Shown here: positions 38,305 to 53,417 of the stretch, piece by piece
Layout: the number at the start of each line of letters is the position of its first letter
Position numbering within the stretch: position 1 is the stretch's first letter
Made by a program: the position numbers and the translations under genes
The notes under the pieces: generated by a model
The model's input: only the letters and a program-made list of their open reading frames with translations
What the model was told of the DNA's origin: nothing
Database searches by the model: none
Source: Phoronis australis
Taxonomy: Eukaryota; Animalia; Phoronida
DNA length: 64,000 nucleotides
Assembly: GCA_002633005.1 (NCBI GenBank)
Contig: NMRA01000008.1
Span: 231,019-295,018, forward strand
Direction of reading: 5' to 3'

Positions 38305-38460
38305 CAGGCGTGCGTTCAGTAACGCTAGGACCTGCACTAGGATTTACTTAAAATCTAGCCAAAGTCATGTGTTCTAATTTAAAATACACAGCAATATCTC
38401 ACGTAATCTCGCAAAGTCTTGCTTTTTAGCGAGGTCCTAGCGTTACTGAATGGGAGGCAG
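38305..38460. mobile_element. MITE, second copy of the 8588-8768 family
   Basis: Same termini and internal sequence (AAAATACA...AATCTCGCAAAGTCTTGCTTTT), without the 12-bp expansion. Confidence 0.75.
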
Positions 38461-41374
38461 GCTAGCCTGTTCCAGAAAACCCCATGAGCCCCTACCCTAA
38501 AATTAATCCTTAATCTTCTCTGCTACTGTCTCCACTGAGCACAGCCAAAAGAACAACTGTTCTGAACAAGCCTATCAGTGGTCACCTCCTGGTGTTTATA
38601 TGACTAATATGGCAACAGTGCATGTAGTCCAGATGAATGCACCCCTGCTGGGAGCCACAATGACATCATAACAGTTATAGGGATTAAGTCCTGTCAACCA
38701 GAATTCTAAAGGACCTACTGAGGGCAACAGTTTGTCAGCTGCTGCACAGGTAACTGTCCACAGAAAACCCTGTTAGTAAGTAAATCCAATCCCTGTAGCT
38801 ACGAGTTCCTGCCTTGAAGTTTTTACAACCATTGCTAAGTTTTAATGTTCAAACGCATACTTTACAATTTAGGAAATTCAGTTGTATCATGCCACTAACT
38901 ATTTTTACCTGATGCTAGTAAAACCCATTTGCACGGGTATATAAGTTAACATTAATTTACAACTCACGAAACAGGGTTATTAAATTGCTTGGTTTAACTT
39001 TCCAACAACTACACTTTCAAACCACAACTGATAATAAGTAAATTAGACAAAAACCTCACAATTAGACTGTCTGACCACTTAATCCGCTCAAAAAACAAAT
39101 CATTAAAAGAGGAAATATTACTGACAGCCAACACATCTTGAAACACCATCAAACGATTTTGCAAATACTGATAGTTAACAAGTAATCAAACTTGTAGCAA
39201 ATTTGAAATTCACATACTGGAGGATGAAAGTCCCAAAACTATCCAGTTTTTTACTTGATTTACACATGTGTCAATGAACTTGCCTAGGTAAACGTTTTCA
39301 CAGAAATTATGTAAATTGCCATTTCCAAACATCACTTATTCCTCACCTGAAGTAGCTACCTGTTCTGAGACCATGAAATACCCAGCTACCTGATCTGACC
39401 CCTGTCCAGCTAATGACCACAGCAAGCAAAACACAGCCAGCCTTGGTTGTGGATTATACAATATACAATGAAACATGACTCACAGTATTCAAGGAAAACC
39501 ACACTGTGAGGCACCCAACCGGTGAACATCACCTCAGTCATTCTATAAACAACCGCTTGTTATCAAGTTTTGATAGTGTGTGGGTGTTCAATGCTGAGTT
39601 CTTACATCAAGACTATGGCTAGCAAAACCCATCCAGTGCAGTGAACTGTTTGATAAGAATGCCAAGCAACTCTTACTAGTAATTGGCCATCAGTTGATAT
39701 TAATTGCCTATAAAATGTGAAATATTAACATGAGTGGCTCTGTGATAGAAACTGTGATGGAGGCTCAAGACTGATATCACTGTAAATTCTAAATCAGTGG
39801 ATTCTAAAGTGAAGTTCGTTTAGACATGTTTACAAAAAATCCTCCAATGAATCAAACAAGATATAAACAAAGTGAAATGGTGTAAGTGTGCCAACTTGAA
39901 AGTTTCCCCACATTTTGTCCTGGGAAATGGTAAACAATAAAGTAACAAGCTACATGAACTCAACGTGTTATTATTTCAAAACTTCAAGTGAGCATGTTGG
40001 TATTCATCTTATTTCAGAAAATATCTTTACAACAATAACACTGTTCAATTAGACTTCGACAATAACAAACCTAAAAAGAAGACTTGTGGGCCTATTCTAA
40101 GCACCGCAGAAACTTTTCAATTGAAAATTTTGTTCCATCAAAAAGCAGGTAAAATACTGTTTCAAAGCCATGACTATTATTTGCCAGGGGCGAAACAATG
40201 ACCCTAAGCGACATGTCCAAACATCTGGGTAGCCATGGCAACTGACTGTTTTTAATTAAGACAAACCTTTGGAAAAGAAATAACAAAGAGTTCATTCAGA
40301 GAAGTGCCACATGAGAATAAAAACAGACTTGACACTGGGCCAGAGTCCCAATTTGTTTCAACGGTGTCAACTTTCAATGGCACAGAGGCTGGACATTTTT
40401 TAATTGGACACCATTAACATAATTACAGAAACATAAGCGGTCATTACAGTTCAATCAAAAACTCCTTTGATTTCCACTGTTTTTATGTACTTTGTCCAGG
40501 AAGTCGGCTTAAATTAAAAAGTTTAGCGATTCATAGTAACATACAAAGATTCCCCATTTTAGAATAGCAAAAATTTTACTTTCTGATTTGCTTCTCAATT
40601 TTAAGCAGAACTAACAAATTTCATAGCTTCCATGTGAAACATTTCATCACTTTTTATGTGAAAATTATATCTGAATATCTTATGCTGAATCAGTGTAAAG
40701 TTTGGACACGTGACAAGAGTTCTTGACTTACGCTACGAAACATTCATTACCATAATGCAACACTCAGAGCAGCAATCTAACTGTATTTTGATCAGGAAGA
40801 TCTTACACAATCTTACCAGACGTTCACCTTATTGACTACTTACACAGAATACGGTAAAAACTCTCCAGTTTGGGACAGTCTCTAAAATTTGGGACACTGA
40901 AATTCAAGCAGAATTTGAATTTTCTTGATTTTGAAGATTGGGACAGTATTTCTCAAATATGTTGTTTTGTATCAACACAGTCTCAAAATAGATTTGGCAG
41001 TTCATAACATCTTCAGCAAAAATAGAATGACGATGCAACATTTCATGCTTCCTCATTGTGCATAGAGTTGAATGACCCTTTGTCGTTGAATGGTATTCTT
41101 AAAATTGAACAGCGAATATCCACTATTTCTAAAATTTGGTACAAGTTTCGGCCTTGACCAAAATATTTGATTGTTTCCAGTCCTAAATTGGAGAAATTTT
41201 ACCATATACCAACATAGAGCATAGCTTCTATTGAAAACGTCTGTCACCTTTTGAAAACCCTGAGATATTTCAGCTCTGCATTCTTATGGAAAGACAAATG
41301 ACTTAGGGTAATTAACTCCATAGTAACACTATTATAATTCCTTTTTTTCGAGAAATATAGTGAAATGTACAAGT

Positions 41375-41571
41375 GGGCTCGTTCCAAGAAAACTGACAAA
41401 GACAAATCTTAAATTTGCCTAAAGTCCAATTCAAGAAAGAACTCTAAGTTTGACTTAAGTTTTTGACTTAAGTTTTGTCTTAATTTTGACTGAATTACTG
41501 GATTTGGAAGTTTCACACGAATTTTAGACTTAAGTAAAAATGAACTTAAGTCAGCTCCTTAGAACAGGCCC
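41375..41571. mobile_element. PIF/Harbinger-like MITE
   Basis: TIR GGGCTCGTTCCAAG / CTTAGAACAGGCCC, internal GACTTAAG repeats; related end at about 6852-6900. Confidence 0.6.
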
Positions 41572-43430
41572 AAAGTGTAATTATTGTCTGATCGCATTTT
41601 TGTGAATAACCTCTTCTGGAACAGCATAAAGCAACATTACTATACTAAAATGTGACACATTTGACATTTCGAGCCATAAATTGACTCAAAGGTTTTTATC
41701 CAACAAGATCCTTGCTCAGAACAGTCGCATAAACACTAAAATCTCACGAGTAATGCTAGTGGGATCATGTGGTTTGCTTGTAATGCATGGTAATATCTCA
41801 CAGATTTGTGTTTTCGAGAGTGTATAATGTCTATGGAACACAACTCCATGCACCATAACTGCAGATAGTGTGTGTACACAATGGGAAGTGATTACATAAT
41901 ACCAGTGTTTACCTGGACTACTGATGACCCTTGTAGTCCAGGAGAGGCACAAAGAACTCTTAATGTACTCATACTTGGGACCAGACAAGGCTCAAACTGG
42001 GGCCAATCACAGGTGACTGATAGATCACATGGTCCATGCTTTATATTCTAGTGTGTTTACAACAACAACATTAAAAGCAACAACCCATACAGTGGATGTT
42101 CTGTTGGCCAAAATCAGTGGTGCATGAATGCATGTATTGTTTCTTGATAGACTGTTTAAAGTATTTGTCAGATTGCCTTTTAGTATGGAATTTTAAAATA
42201 AAAATGCAACTTTTATATGAATACGACTCGACTGCCCTTGGGCTTTCTGTTTCATATGTTACCACTTTAATGACCTGTCGCCAGGATTTTGAGTGACGGC
42301 TTAACTGACCAATCAGAACGCAGCATTCTTGACAAACCTTCGTTTCCAAGCCGCCATTTTATCCGACAAACAACACATTGTCCGGTAAAACTTATTGTTT
42401 GTTTGTCGACTTTTCGCAAGGGGCGGAGCTTGTGATAGGTCAATTACACTAAGTTTGCTGGGCACAACGTTTTGAAGAAGGCACTTTTCATCATCAGGTC
42501 TGCCCAAAGGGCACAGGTTCAAACCTGGTCAGGAATATCCCTGGCTAATTGTATCATCTTCAGTCAAGTCAGCAAAATATATTGATTTTTGTGGTAGAAG
42601 AAAAGTATTTTAAGCAACCACATCCCAATCTTGTGGCTCCATCTATAGGTCATTCTGTTGACTTTACACAGTACGGCACACTCTTAGTGCCTGAGGTAAT
42701 AGTCTGGCTAACATATACCCACACTGATTTGCATTAATCCAAAACACCCATAACAAACAGTAGTCATGTTTAAATACCTAATCATATCCAAATAACTACT
42801 ATCTTAGTAATGCTATATCTGAAACTTTATACGGATATGTTTTTGGTGACACACAGTTATGATACTGGTCAAACCTAATAATTTTTTGTTTTAAACGCCA
42901 ACAATGATTCCTTCTTTTAAAAAGAGGACTCTTTTCTTATTGATGGCTAGACCAAACTGACAGTTACGTACTGTTGCGTGGGGAGTCGTTCACGTCAATA
43001 TGAGGAAATTTTACGCAAATGTAGGAATCTTGGAAGTATTTTCCATCTGACATGCTAACCATTCACAGCTTGATGAACAGTTTGTCCATATCACCCAAGA
43101 TGTTTAATTACGTTGAATATTCAAGAAACATACAGCAGAATGTCAACAAAGCAAACAGGAAGTAAGACGAGTAGTAAAAAATGATTTATCGTAATGTTGA
43201 TGTTCATGAGTCTTGCTTATTTTCTGCCCTTAAGCGAGATTCTCGTGAATTTGGATCACGCAAAACAACACAAGTGACAAGCGATAAGTTAAAAGTCATT
43301 ACAAAAGTAGGCAATGGCTGCCACTGAAGCGATCAGAGGGTGAAGCTGAGTCTTGGAGTAAATTCACTATTTCTGTACCACACGCAAGCGCATCACAAAT
43401 GACTTGTCTCAAATACAGAATGCGTTCCTG

Positions 43431-43847
43431 CGCCTGGAATCTAATCTTTGAACTCGAAATTATTTTTGGCAATTTCTGTGCTACTTTTGTGCGAACTAAA
43501 GATAAGTGGTTATCAGGCTGTGCTGGAATACATAATAGTTTACGCCTATGAGTTTCTAGTCCAAATTTGTACTTGAAGACCCTTATATCCGTGCTACAAA
43601 CTCGAGTAAAAACTCAAAACTTCGAGTTCAAACTCGATCTTTTAGCCTGCAAACTAGGATTAAAAAGTTATTCACGTAAGTCATTATGTACTCAAGCCTG
43701 CAAACTAGGATTAAAAAATTATTCACGTCATTATGTACTCGAGCATAGAATAATAGACACTTATCTTGAGTTTGCATAAAAGTAGAGTAGTAAATGCCAG
43801 ACATAGTTTTGAATTCCATTTCGAGTTAAAAGATTAGAACCCGGGCC
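43431..43847. mobile_element. PIF/Harbinger-like MITE
   Basis: Inverted termini TCTAATCTTTGAACTCGAAAT / ATTTCGAGTTAAAAGATTAGA, CTG flanks, internal ~50-bp direct duplication. Confidence 0.55.
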
Positions 43848-44508
43848 CTGGTGTGACGTGATAGTTGCTTAGGCACTGACAACATTTCTAAGTAGCAGTC
43901 AAGCTGGTGGCGACATCTGTTGTCCCTAAGATGACTCAGCATCAAGGGTTGGATTAAAATATCTCCATTGCTGGTAACAGAGTCCATGCTTGGTGTAATC
44001 AATATATTCTTCAAGGAAATGCGTTAATTGACCAACGTATACACCACAATAAAAGCATAATAACACACAGATAGAGCATATCTTCCACATCTCAATGTTT
44101 AGTCGCAACATCCACACATACACGCCCGCTAATACATATCACACATTGTAGTCTCATCAACTTCTCTCGGTCTCCCCACATGACATTCAACAACATGATG
44201 TCACAAGATGTCAGACTCCAGAAAGTCGCCACTAAGATCTGTTTGCCATTCCGAGAAATATTGTAATTGTAGAGGATGAAGACAACACAAATTGTGAATT
44301 TTGACGTCATTTCTTCAGTTTCAGTCACCACATCTATCCCAAAAGAGTAATTACTGCAAATTGCAAACTGGACAAACAGGTCATTATGTGATCAACATAA
44401 CATTATGTCATTGCATTTTGTTATGCATAGCCATCATTCAGTTCTAACGGTGTGTTCACACAACTGACAACATAAAAAAGTTTCCTTTTGAACAAGGCTA
44501 TCTCTTAC

Positions 44509-44559
44509 CTCTGTCAATGAACGGGAATCACTGGACATACATTTCTCCATCTCTGACAT
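44509..44559 (-). CDS. RTKN: Candidate alternative first coding exon of rhotekin (MSEMEKCMSSDSRSLTE)
   Basis: ATG directly preceded by in-frame TAA, strong donor GAG|GTAAGA, phase 0. Confidence 0.3.
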
Positions 44560-47500
44560 TTACCACAAGAACATGTCACCTAACTCTTGCCAATAAACGG
44601 TCATGTCACAATAAATCAATGTTGCCGACTCTACAGTACTTATTAATCCGGTCTCCCACAACGTGATAATCATCCACGCATTAACGCACAGCCACTGGCA
44701 ACAGATATAATTATTACTACGGCAACCTGTTCTCAACAGAACTTTCAGTGCCCGGCAAGATCTTGGTGACTTCCCAGAGACAAGTACAGTACTTGATTAA
44801 AACCACAATGGTTATTGAAGACAGCAGAACCTCCACCACAGAATCCTTCAATGCTTAACTGCAGACAAGAGAATACTTGAACAGGAATTGATTGCCTTAT
44901 TCTAGAAATAACTCTTGCCAAGTTTCGATTTTGCAGCTTATCGACACTATTGCGGTTCAGACAAGACACACAGATGGTAATGAGGGCTTCATCGGAGAAG
45001 AAATCAATGGAACGATGTCTCTATTTGCAGTACTACTACTGTTATGACTCAGACACTAAAGACCCATTGCACACTATCAATACAAGAGGCAACATAGACG
45101 CCATAGGTCCACTGGGAAACAAACATTCAAATATACAAAAGTATTGCCACAAGGAAAAAGAAGTGAGCATTTCAAGTGAAAAAGGATATAACTGTCAACA
45201 GGATGACTCATAATGTTAAGGACCTTTCCTGTGTCCAGTCCGGTTTTTTTTTGAGAGCTGACTAACATAGTTCCCACCCACTATTGAGATTCCAATTTTG
45301 ACAAATAACCTAGCATTAAGTTTCATTTTCAATACTCACTTTTACCACAAAATTTTGGAAATTTGTTAGTTCTGTTTATGAACTTTACTACGCAAAACCG
45401 AATGCATAATTAGTGAGGCAACAAGAGTGTGAAATGAGCTTTTCCGCAAGCTTTCCATGTGATTTTAAACTCTTTTCACTCCCTATGAGTTTGCTTACAC
45501 TCTCCCCTTTCATCAGCTTTTCATGCAGGAAAACTATTCTCATCATTGTTCGGAATTTTCTGGGAATTACAAACAAATGGGACTAAACGTACAGAAAAAT
45601 CCATTCCTTGAAATACTTAAGGCTGTTATACACCAGTTTTCCATCCTAATGAACTTTTGATTCAGGCCAGTAACCTTGGCGTCGTGAAATAGGTCTCAAA
45701 TTGCTCACTCTTTATCTGGGAACAAGATGACAAGAATCTCAATGCGGTGAAGTGCCTAAATCTAAAGTTTGCTTCTTAGACCGAATGCAGGTTTAAACAG
45801 TTTAAGTAGTTTCCTAAGGTGTAAAAATTCTTGTATTAGTATATTGCTCAAATGAATGCGAATTTGTTTTCTACTCAATAAAGTCTTCATTGTACACCTC
45901 GTTTGTCATACACAATTGCTTAAGAAGACTATCATTTAAGAAAATTGAACAGAATAATTCAATTATTTTCAAATGCCACATTCAATTGTTGAACATTTGT
46001 GTCTAATAATGTTTTGTTGTAATGAAATTAGAAAGCTGCAGAGAACTAGCCTAAACGACTAGACCGTTGCCATGGCAACGAGAGCGGGGAATCTCAAAGG
46101 TGGGCCCTTTCTGGGAAAGTGAAAATAAAATGAAACAACAGTTTAACTTAATACCATGATACACTTACAATAATATAGAAATAACTCTACAATTTCTCAT
46201 TCCAATTTTTACAAGACTCAAAATTAGTTGACAAAAACAATATTTTACCTTTCTTTTAATTTGAACATGGTGCAATGGCCAGTATTTTTACTTTCTATTC
46301 ATTCAAAACTATGGCTACAATGGGAACTAATTTCTCATACCATAAGGACAACATATATGCTTGACACAGCGCCTGTGAAATACTTGAGAAGCCAAAATAC
46401 CACCTACGATGTTTTAACTTTCTATTCATTTTGTATTTTGGTCTTAGGATATCTGCAGCCATTCTACTTAGTTTGCTCACCCCACCTCTTGGGAAAACAA
46501 TTATTTAATTTTGTGCGAATATATAGAGTAATTACTGTAACAGCGTTTCCCATGGATATAGCAGTTGAGTATGGCAGTACTGACTCATCAATGAACTCAC
46601 TGGTGTCAACAGAATCCTTTTTTGGTGCTCTTTGTACTCAACTTCACTTATTGTACATGATATTTTTCCTAATGCAATTTATGCATGACAGATCACCCAA
46701 ACTTTAACAGATGGACTCGATGGAGCACTCTGTTATTCAAAACAAATATGACAAACAATCAGCTGCTTCACTGTGACACCAGGGGATGTGTTCTGTTGAC
46801 AAAGAAACGCGCAAGATTTCAGAGGACTGTGAAAGTGCAAAGCGAGAGAGTTTCGTGAGAAAAGGACTCTGCTAGTGTACTTATGCAAAATGGTAGCCAC
46901 TGAGGTGATTGGTTGGTGAGGTTGGAATGTTGAATTACGGGATTGAACACTTTGCTTCACACCATAAGAAATTTCTCAACATAAGTGCTACGCAAGAGGG
47001 TCTATGGAACACATCAGTTCTTAATTATGAGCTATGAGCTGAGCTACACTCAATAGTCTTAATTGGAAAGCAATCACTCTACAGATACTTTTGGTATAAA
47101 ACACTTAGATCCGAGGTGCCAATTAACTTATCTCCCAATTGAATCAGAGGATGGCCGACAAATGAAATTTTTCCTTTTATTTTTTTAAAAAGATGAGCAG
47201 CACCAAAAACTGAATTTTCATTTTCACGTTCTATACCATAGCAACTGTCATCAAATTTGGTGTTGAGAAATTGTCGCCATGGTATTCAAAAACAGCGTAA
47301 GAAGCCTATAAACATGAAAAAGCCAACTGTGCCAATTTCTCTTGTCAGAAACGGGCAAGATTTTACTAAAATTGGTGAGCCTCTTATTTCTTGGGAAATT
47401 CAATTCAAGATCGAGATATGCAGTGTCCTAAGGATAATGTCAAGATCACATAGTTATGAGCAAAAATAGTGAATTAATTAGCTACGCAGTTATATTTATG

Positions 47501-50500
47501 CATTCAAATCACACACAGACTTATTCCTAGAACGAGTTGTCGCTAGGTTTGAGTGTTGTCTGAACGCTATTTAAACTAGCGCAACTTACTCCCTTCGCGA
47601 CAACTTACTCCACATAATTGAGGTGGGGTAACTTATTCTAAAGTAACTCGTGTCAATTATAATCCCTGTGTGTAGGGGGGGTAAGTTGCCCTAGTTCAAG
47701 TTGTCCTAGGGTACACTGTGTGTGGACGGGGCTTTCGGCAAAAATACAGCTGTAATTTCAATAAATGTGGACAAGAAATTGAATAGCTAACCATGATCAA
47801 TATACACCTAGTTCAAAACGTTGTAACCTGTTTTTCACCTTATTTAGCTTACTATAAAACAAAAATTCAATTGGACTTTTCAATGGCCTGTAAAATCCGT
47901 CTCATTCACAACATTCCTTAATGTGACAGGATTGTATTTCCAATATCAACAAGAAACCATCAGCGACTCAAAAACAACGCTTGAGAGTTTAATTTAGGGT
48001 TGGCTAGTGAGAAATAAGAGACTAACTTATGAGACCAAAAGGACTAATTCGATTTTCGTTTTTTAGCCAAAACGAAATGCAGCTTTAAATATCCATGGTA
48101 ATCAAATTATTGATGGACTAGACAAACGATTATAACCATAGGTCGGCTCAGTGCAGTTTGTAAAGCAGCCCAAAAATTCTTATTCTTGGCATCCGACCAA
48201 TCCCCCATCCTTGATAGGTTATCGAGTTAAATATTTAAGTTCTCTGAATTGAACACATGTACAACATTACAAGTGTGTATTATCCAATCAAAATGCAACT
48301 TTGGATTCATTATGCAGATCTTGTTGCTACGTTACCGTTCGTACAGAATTTTGACCAAGAAATTCCAAGGACTTTTGAGTGTAGTTCTTCAAGACATAGT
48401 GAATGTAAATTCAAGGCCATTTGCACAACTTTGTAAGCATTTAATGCAACCATCTTTTGCATCTGGGAAACATATTTAAAACGAGGGAACCAAGTCGGGT
48501 AACTTGATATACATTTGTGTTGCTTTTTTACACATCCTTTTTCCATGAGCAAAACACAAAATGACATGCAGCAAAATAAAATTAAGGTATTTCACATATT
48601 TTCAAGTCTGAAAGCTGAAAGTCAAGGAAAGTCAAGGCTAGAATTCAATTCAAGACTTTAAATTCAAGGGCTTTTCAAGACAGTACAAACTATGTGTATA
48701 CCTTCCCAAGCAGTGCACTTGGGCAGGTTAAAACAAGTAGTAAAAACAGTAAAGTTTCCTCAAATTTGAACAAAAATAGTGGCCAAAATTGACTCTTTTT
48801 CATTTTTCAGATGCTCACTGTATTGTCAAAAAAGTTCAAAATTTCACCGTGTGTTTGATGACGACAGCCAGCCGTCCGTACTATTATAAAGTTTTCAAGT
48901 AATCGAGTAAACTGTCTTCTTGTTTACTCCTGTTGAAAATTCTGATAAAATAAAATTGTACTGTTCTGCCATATTGTGTTCTAATTTGTGGAGACTTTAC
49001 CTTAGTAGCCTGTTTAGCACAACACACAGTGGAACTAATGAGCACATAGCTCATTGGTGGGACTAACAGTCTTGTACGAACATTTGATGGTACACTATAT
49101 GAACTTGAATCAATTTCAAAATCTTAGTATGTCAAATTCAATTCAATATTTTTCTTTAGCAACAAGACATCAAATTGTTGCAACTCTAGTCGCTAACCAT
49201 GCAGTTGTGTAAAGATCAATCTTAACATAGGCTGCAACACGTAAAATTCTGATAGCCATTTGCGTGACATACTCATCCACCTTCAAACTTACGTTCCTGC
49301 CACTAGGAGGCCTGGGGCTAGGGTGGAGAATTTAAATACACTCCATTGAAAGTGACTAGTCTGCAGTGCCCTGTGAGAGTAAAACACAAGCTACCATCTT
49401 TACACTCAAGTGTAGCCTATTAAAAAACCACAGCCCTGTACCAAGATGTGGTTAAACGCACTCAACAGAGCAGTTATATTCAGAAGCTCAAGTTGAAATG
49501 GCATTTCTCTGGACAAGTGATCTGACTATGAGTTCAGTGAGTGAGTACTTCTCAGACACAGTCATTGCGCTTTATTCCAAGGAGTCATTCTAAGACTGTC
49601 AAGCCAAGAAATAACAAGATTATCAAGATTAATCTGGCTACAACATAACCTTGGAATGAACCCTAAACCAGAAATTCAAACACCCAATGACTTCAAAGAA
49701 CATATACTTTCCAATCTTCCAAAGCATCAAACAAAGCCATAAAAGCATTCAAAGTTTTTGAATTTTTTATATTTGATTATAGTTCGTCTGCTCGCCGACT
49801 TTGCCATCCACGAAACAGCTCCAAACCAACAGTAAGATCAGTGTGGTTAACCACACATTCAGTGGAAAAAAGCTTCATTTTCAAAGGGACAATGAATTGA
49901 AAATGAATGGTACCCAGAGTGACCACCAGGTGGCAGAGGAGGTCAAACAAAAGAGTTGTTAGTTTACTGCACAACCCAAAGCAAAATCCACTTTTACAGA
50001 CCGTGCTTGCACTATGGCAAACAAGTTGAATACTTGACCTTCTAAACATTCAAGTCGCTAATTCCTTAGAGTCATGTAACAGTAACTCCATCTGTTGGTA
50101 GCCATAAAGCCAGCATATAGCCTATCCAGCATACAGTGACATTGATTTTGGTGCATATGAGCGTCACCAACCATAGCCATCAAATAGAATTCAGTCATTT
50201 TAAGCAAAAATACCACATGTTTATTCAAAGTGTAACCAGAGAAAGGAAAGCGACACTGCAAACTGTATGCTTCTGGGAACCTTGGTATTGTGAAATAAAT
50301 GAAATAAAAAGACAACTAGGGGGTGCAGTGTAAATCAAATTTGTCTGTAAGAAGGAAAATGCTGGCATCTCCAGAGGATGACATAAAAGAACAAAATTGG
50401 CACAAGGGGACATAGAAGTAGTCGAATCTGTACAAAAACTCGTACTCATACTAGTAACGCGTCTGCACAATTTCACAAACATCCATCTAGGCCTTTTGGA

Positions 50501-50968
50501 GACACAGAAGCAGATGCCGGATATATGCCAAATAGCGTGACAACACAATGCACAAGAAATAAGTTACAACATATTTCATCTCAAGCATTATGGGCTTTGA
50601 CATCCAAAATTACTATTGGCGTTTAATACGACTACTAACTACCATGACCAAAATGATTCAAGTCAAACAGGACAGATTATAGAAATATTCAAAGAAAAAG
50701 AAAAAGACAGGTGGTGCATGGAATTCCTTGCATACATTAACAATGGGGTGTAGAAACAATCCAGTAGCTAGATCAAAATTCTGCGGTCAATCAGCTGTAA
50801 ATCATGTAGGTCTAATCGACAGGGACAATCTGGGTTGGCATTTGCGACCCACATTATTACAATACAACCAAACCACCACAAGAGTCTATGAGTAGCACAG
50901 TGCCGACCACTAGATTTAGTCCAGCCACCAAACTGTTTCTAAACCTCAAACAAAATACAGTCTCTCAC

Positions 50969-51226
50969 CACCCTCATTCCAGTTTGGTCGTCATAGATGC
51001 TCATAAACCTCGTATACTGCGGGTCATTGGGAAACGGCAGGGAGTAGTCAACCTTGTGCTTGAAAGTCTTCTTACGGACGGACTGTGAGACGCGGCGACG
51101 CAATGAGTGACGCCATTTCTTGCGGAGGGAAAACGTCCGAGATAGTGTGGGCGTCTTGAACGCTCCCTCTAGGGATGTTTGTCGTGGAACTTCAATCTTG
51201 GCTGTAGATGACACATCTTCTCCAGC
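50969..51226 (-). CDS. RTKN: Probable rhotekin long-isoform exon (AGEDVSSTAKIEVPRQTSLEG...RFMSIYDDQTGMRV)
   Basis: TTTACTCTAG| acceptor, |GTGAGA donor, 258 nt, phase 0-0; protein-like basic sequence. Assignment to RTKN rests on strand and phase only. Confidence 0.6.
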
Positions 51227-51939
51227 CTAGAGTAAACAACAGCATTAGGTTAGAACTTCCAACTAAATTTCTACTCGGCATTTGTGATAGTTCAATCCTG
51301 AGCAAGTCTACAGAGGTAGCCATTTATGATAAATAACAAATGGTTAACCTAAGGTGTATTTCTGAACTTAACCAGCCAGTCTGTTCATCACAAACAAAAG
51401 TAAAGACCCTCCACAATTTTTCTCAAGAAATGTCAAGCCATTACACAAGAAAATAGATTTGCCAGAAGGTTGACGTAGGCCACTATCTCGCTACTAAGTG
51501 ATCCATGTGTGTTGATCGCTTTGATTGGGTGTTGCTTGACATTCGATATGGGTCATTCACTGTCTGATCCAGATCAAAGGTCAAGCAGCAGATAATCACG
51601 CACGTCACACAGAACTAGAGGCAATATTGTGAACTTCGCAATACTTCCGGTGCATCTTTATTTCAATGTATTTGACATAAGCATTAGGCCCTTCTTTACT
51701 TATACTAGCAGTTGTAGAGTATACTTGTTGAAAAATCTGCCGACAGAGATCATACAACTCTCCGTCACACTCAGTGTCGTATGAAATACTGCACACATGA
51801 AACAATGTATCTGAAGTACCTTGGCAGTTTTATGATGTAAAATCTGTGCATGTGCAAGGTTGGACGGGTACACTATGTCACAGGTACAGTATTTTAAGTG
51901 ACATCAGAAGTCACGTGTCACGATATACTTGTATGTTCT

Positions 51940-52086
51940 AACAGATCAAAATATGCTCCCATGGGGACTGGTCGGATATAGTGGTCTCTGATTTAGAGAA
52001 CTAGTTCAGCGGTAGCCTGGTTCTCTAAACGAGGGACCACTATATCTAACCAGTGCCCTTCAGGCGAACCATATGAGCCTCTGTTA
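51940..52086. repeat. Long imperfect palindrome (unclassified non-autonomous element)
   Basis: Arms GGGACTGGTCGGATATAGTGGTCTCTGATTTAGAGAACTAG / CTGGTTCTCTAAACGAGGGACCACTATATCTAACCAGTGCCC. Confidence 0.7.
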
Positions 52087-52228
52087 GCCACTCGCTAACA
52101 GGCAATTGCCCATCAGCTGAATGGTTAGCACGGTCGCCGGTTTTATCGGGGTCGCTGGTTCGATTCTCCTGTTTCCCCGGTCGGGTAAACTTGGCTATTA
52201 CTACAATAACATTATCTCAACTGGCCCC

Positions 52229-52660
52229 AGTAGATACGGTGGTCATCCCATAGGCCTTCCATATGCCAGAAGCTTTTCAGCGAATTATATAATACCTCAC
52301 ACCACTGGTTAACCCATACAAATCATGTTGCTTTTAAAAAGTATATGCGTCACCTTTTGTTCATAGAGGAGCACCTTAGGAGGTCATTGATGTCTTTAAC
52401 TCTTTCCAGTTTGAGCAAACACTGCTACAATCACACTTATTTCACACAGTATTTTTCGTTATCAGAAGAGGAAAACATGCACATTAAACAACCTCCTATG
52501 CCCGGCAGCGCGGCAGTCCTAAAGGGGTCCCTCTCTTGGCTCTATGCGCAAAAGGTACACACATAGCAACATGGTTTTGATGGTTTAATCAGTATGAGGC
52601 ATAATTCGCTGAAAAGCTTCGAGCATTTGCCTATGGCATGGGATGGCCACCGTCTCTACT
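52229..52660. mobile_element. Foldback/MITE with ~100-bp imperfect TIRs
   Basis: AGTAGATACGGTGGTCATCCCAT...GAAGCTTTTCAGCGAATTAT...CATGTTGCT is mirrored at 52564-52660. Confidence 0.7.
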
Positions 52661-52680
52661 AACTGTATATAGTCTATAGT

Positions 52681-53271
52681 ACTTTCTCGCTGGTTCCCTG
52701 CGTGCCCCAAGGTGGGGCGGTAGCCGCGCCAACATGCAGAATCACTTAATTTTCGTCAGGAAATTTGTTTACACCGGCATTTCTGATAGGCTAGTCGAAT
52801 TCTCAACAGGCAGCGCTTTACGCAAACAAACTGGCATAGACTGCAGTGTAAATACGGTCTGTTGGGCAGACAAATCGGTGTTTAAAATTTATGTTCAGGA
52901 AATGTGAATCCTAGAAATTGTGGTTGCGCCGTTTCGGAGCACTTGCATCTTTCTACTGTCTATGACTTTTGTTTACGATACTGTCCTGTATTCACACAGT
53001 ATGAATAACACACCGTTAAATCGGCCAGGTATGTGTTTATTGCACATGTACGTGCTTCAAGTACGCGGCTATTAAACATCACTATGCAGAAACGAAATAG
53101 TTACTGCGACGCCACTTGCATGACAAGGCTAAAAATCATTCAGTCCGCCATTTTTTCACGTTTTTTTAAAGCTAACCAATGACTGCCGAGGTTACATCAA
53201 CCCATGCTAAAGCGCGTGCTACTGCGTGATACATGCGTGCTGGCTAGGCACGTAGGGACCAGCGAGTAGTA
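52681..53271. mobile_element. MITE with ~20-bp TIRs
   Basis: CTCGCTGGTTCCCTGCGTGCC / GGCACGTAGGGACCAGCGAG. Confidence 0.65.
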
Positions 53272-53417
53272 CTTTGTCTCTGGGACCAGTCGAGACAGTG
53301 GTACTGTTTTGCCCTCCCATGACCCTGTCGTCTGTGTGTCAGTCATGTCATTGAGTGATTGGCATTATCTGTGCATAGGCACCTTTGATCAGTCCCCCGA
53401 CGATATACTATTATATA

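Noticed and set aside
46228-46707. 159-aa hydrophobic ORF
   Set aside because: TTG start, AT-rich intronic composition, no motif or splice support.
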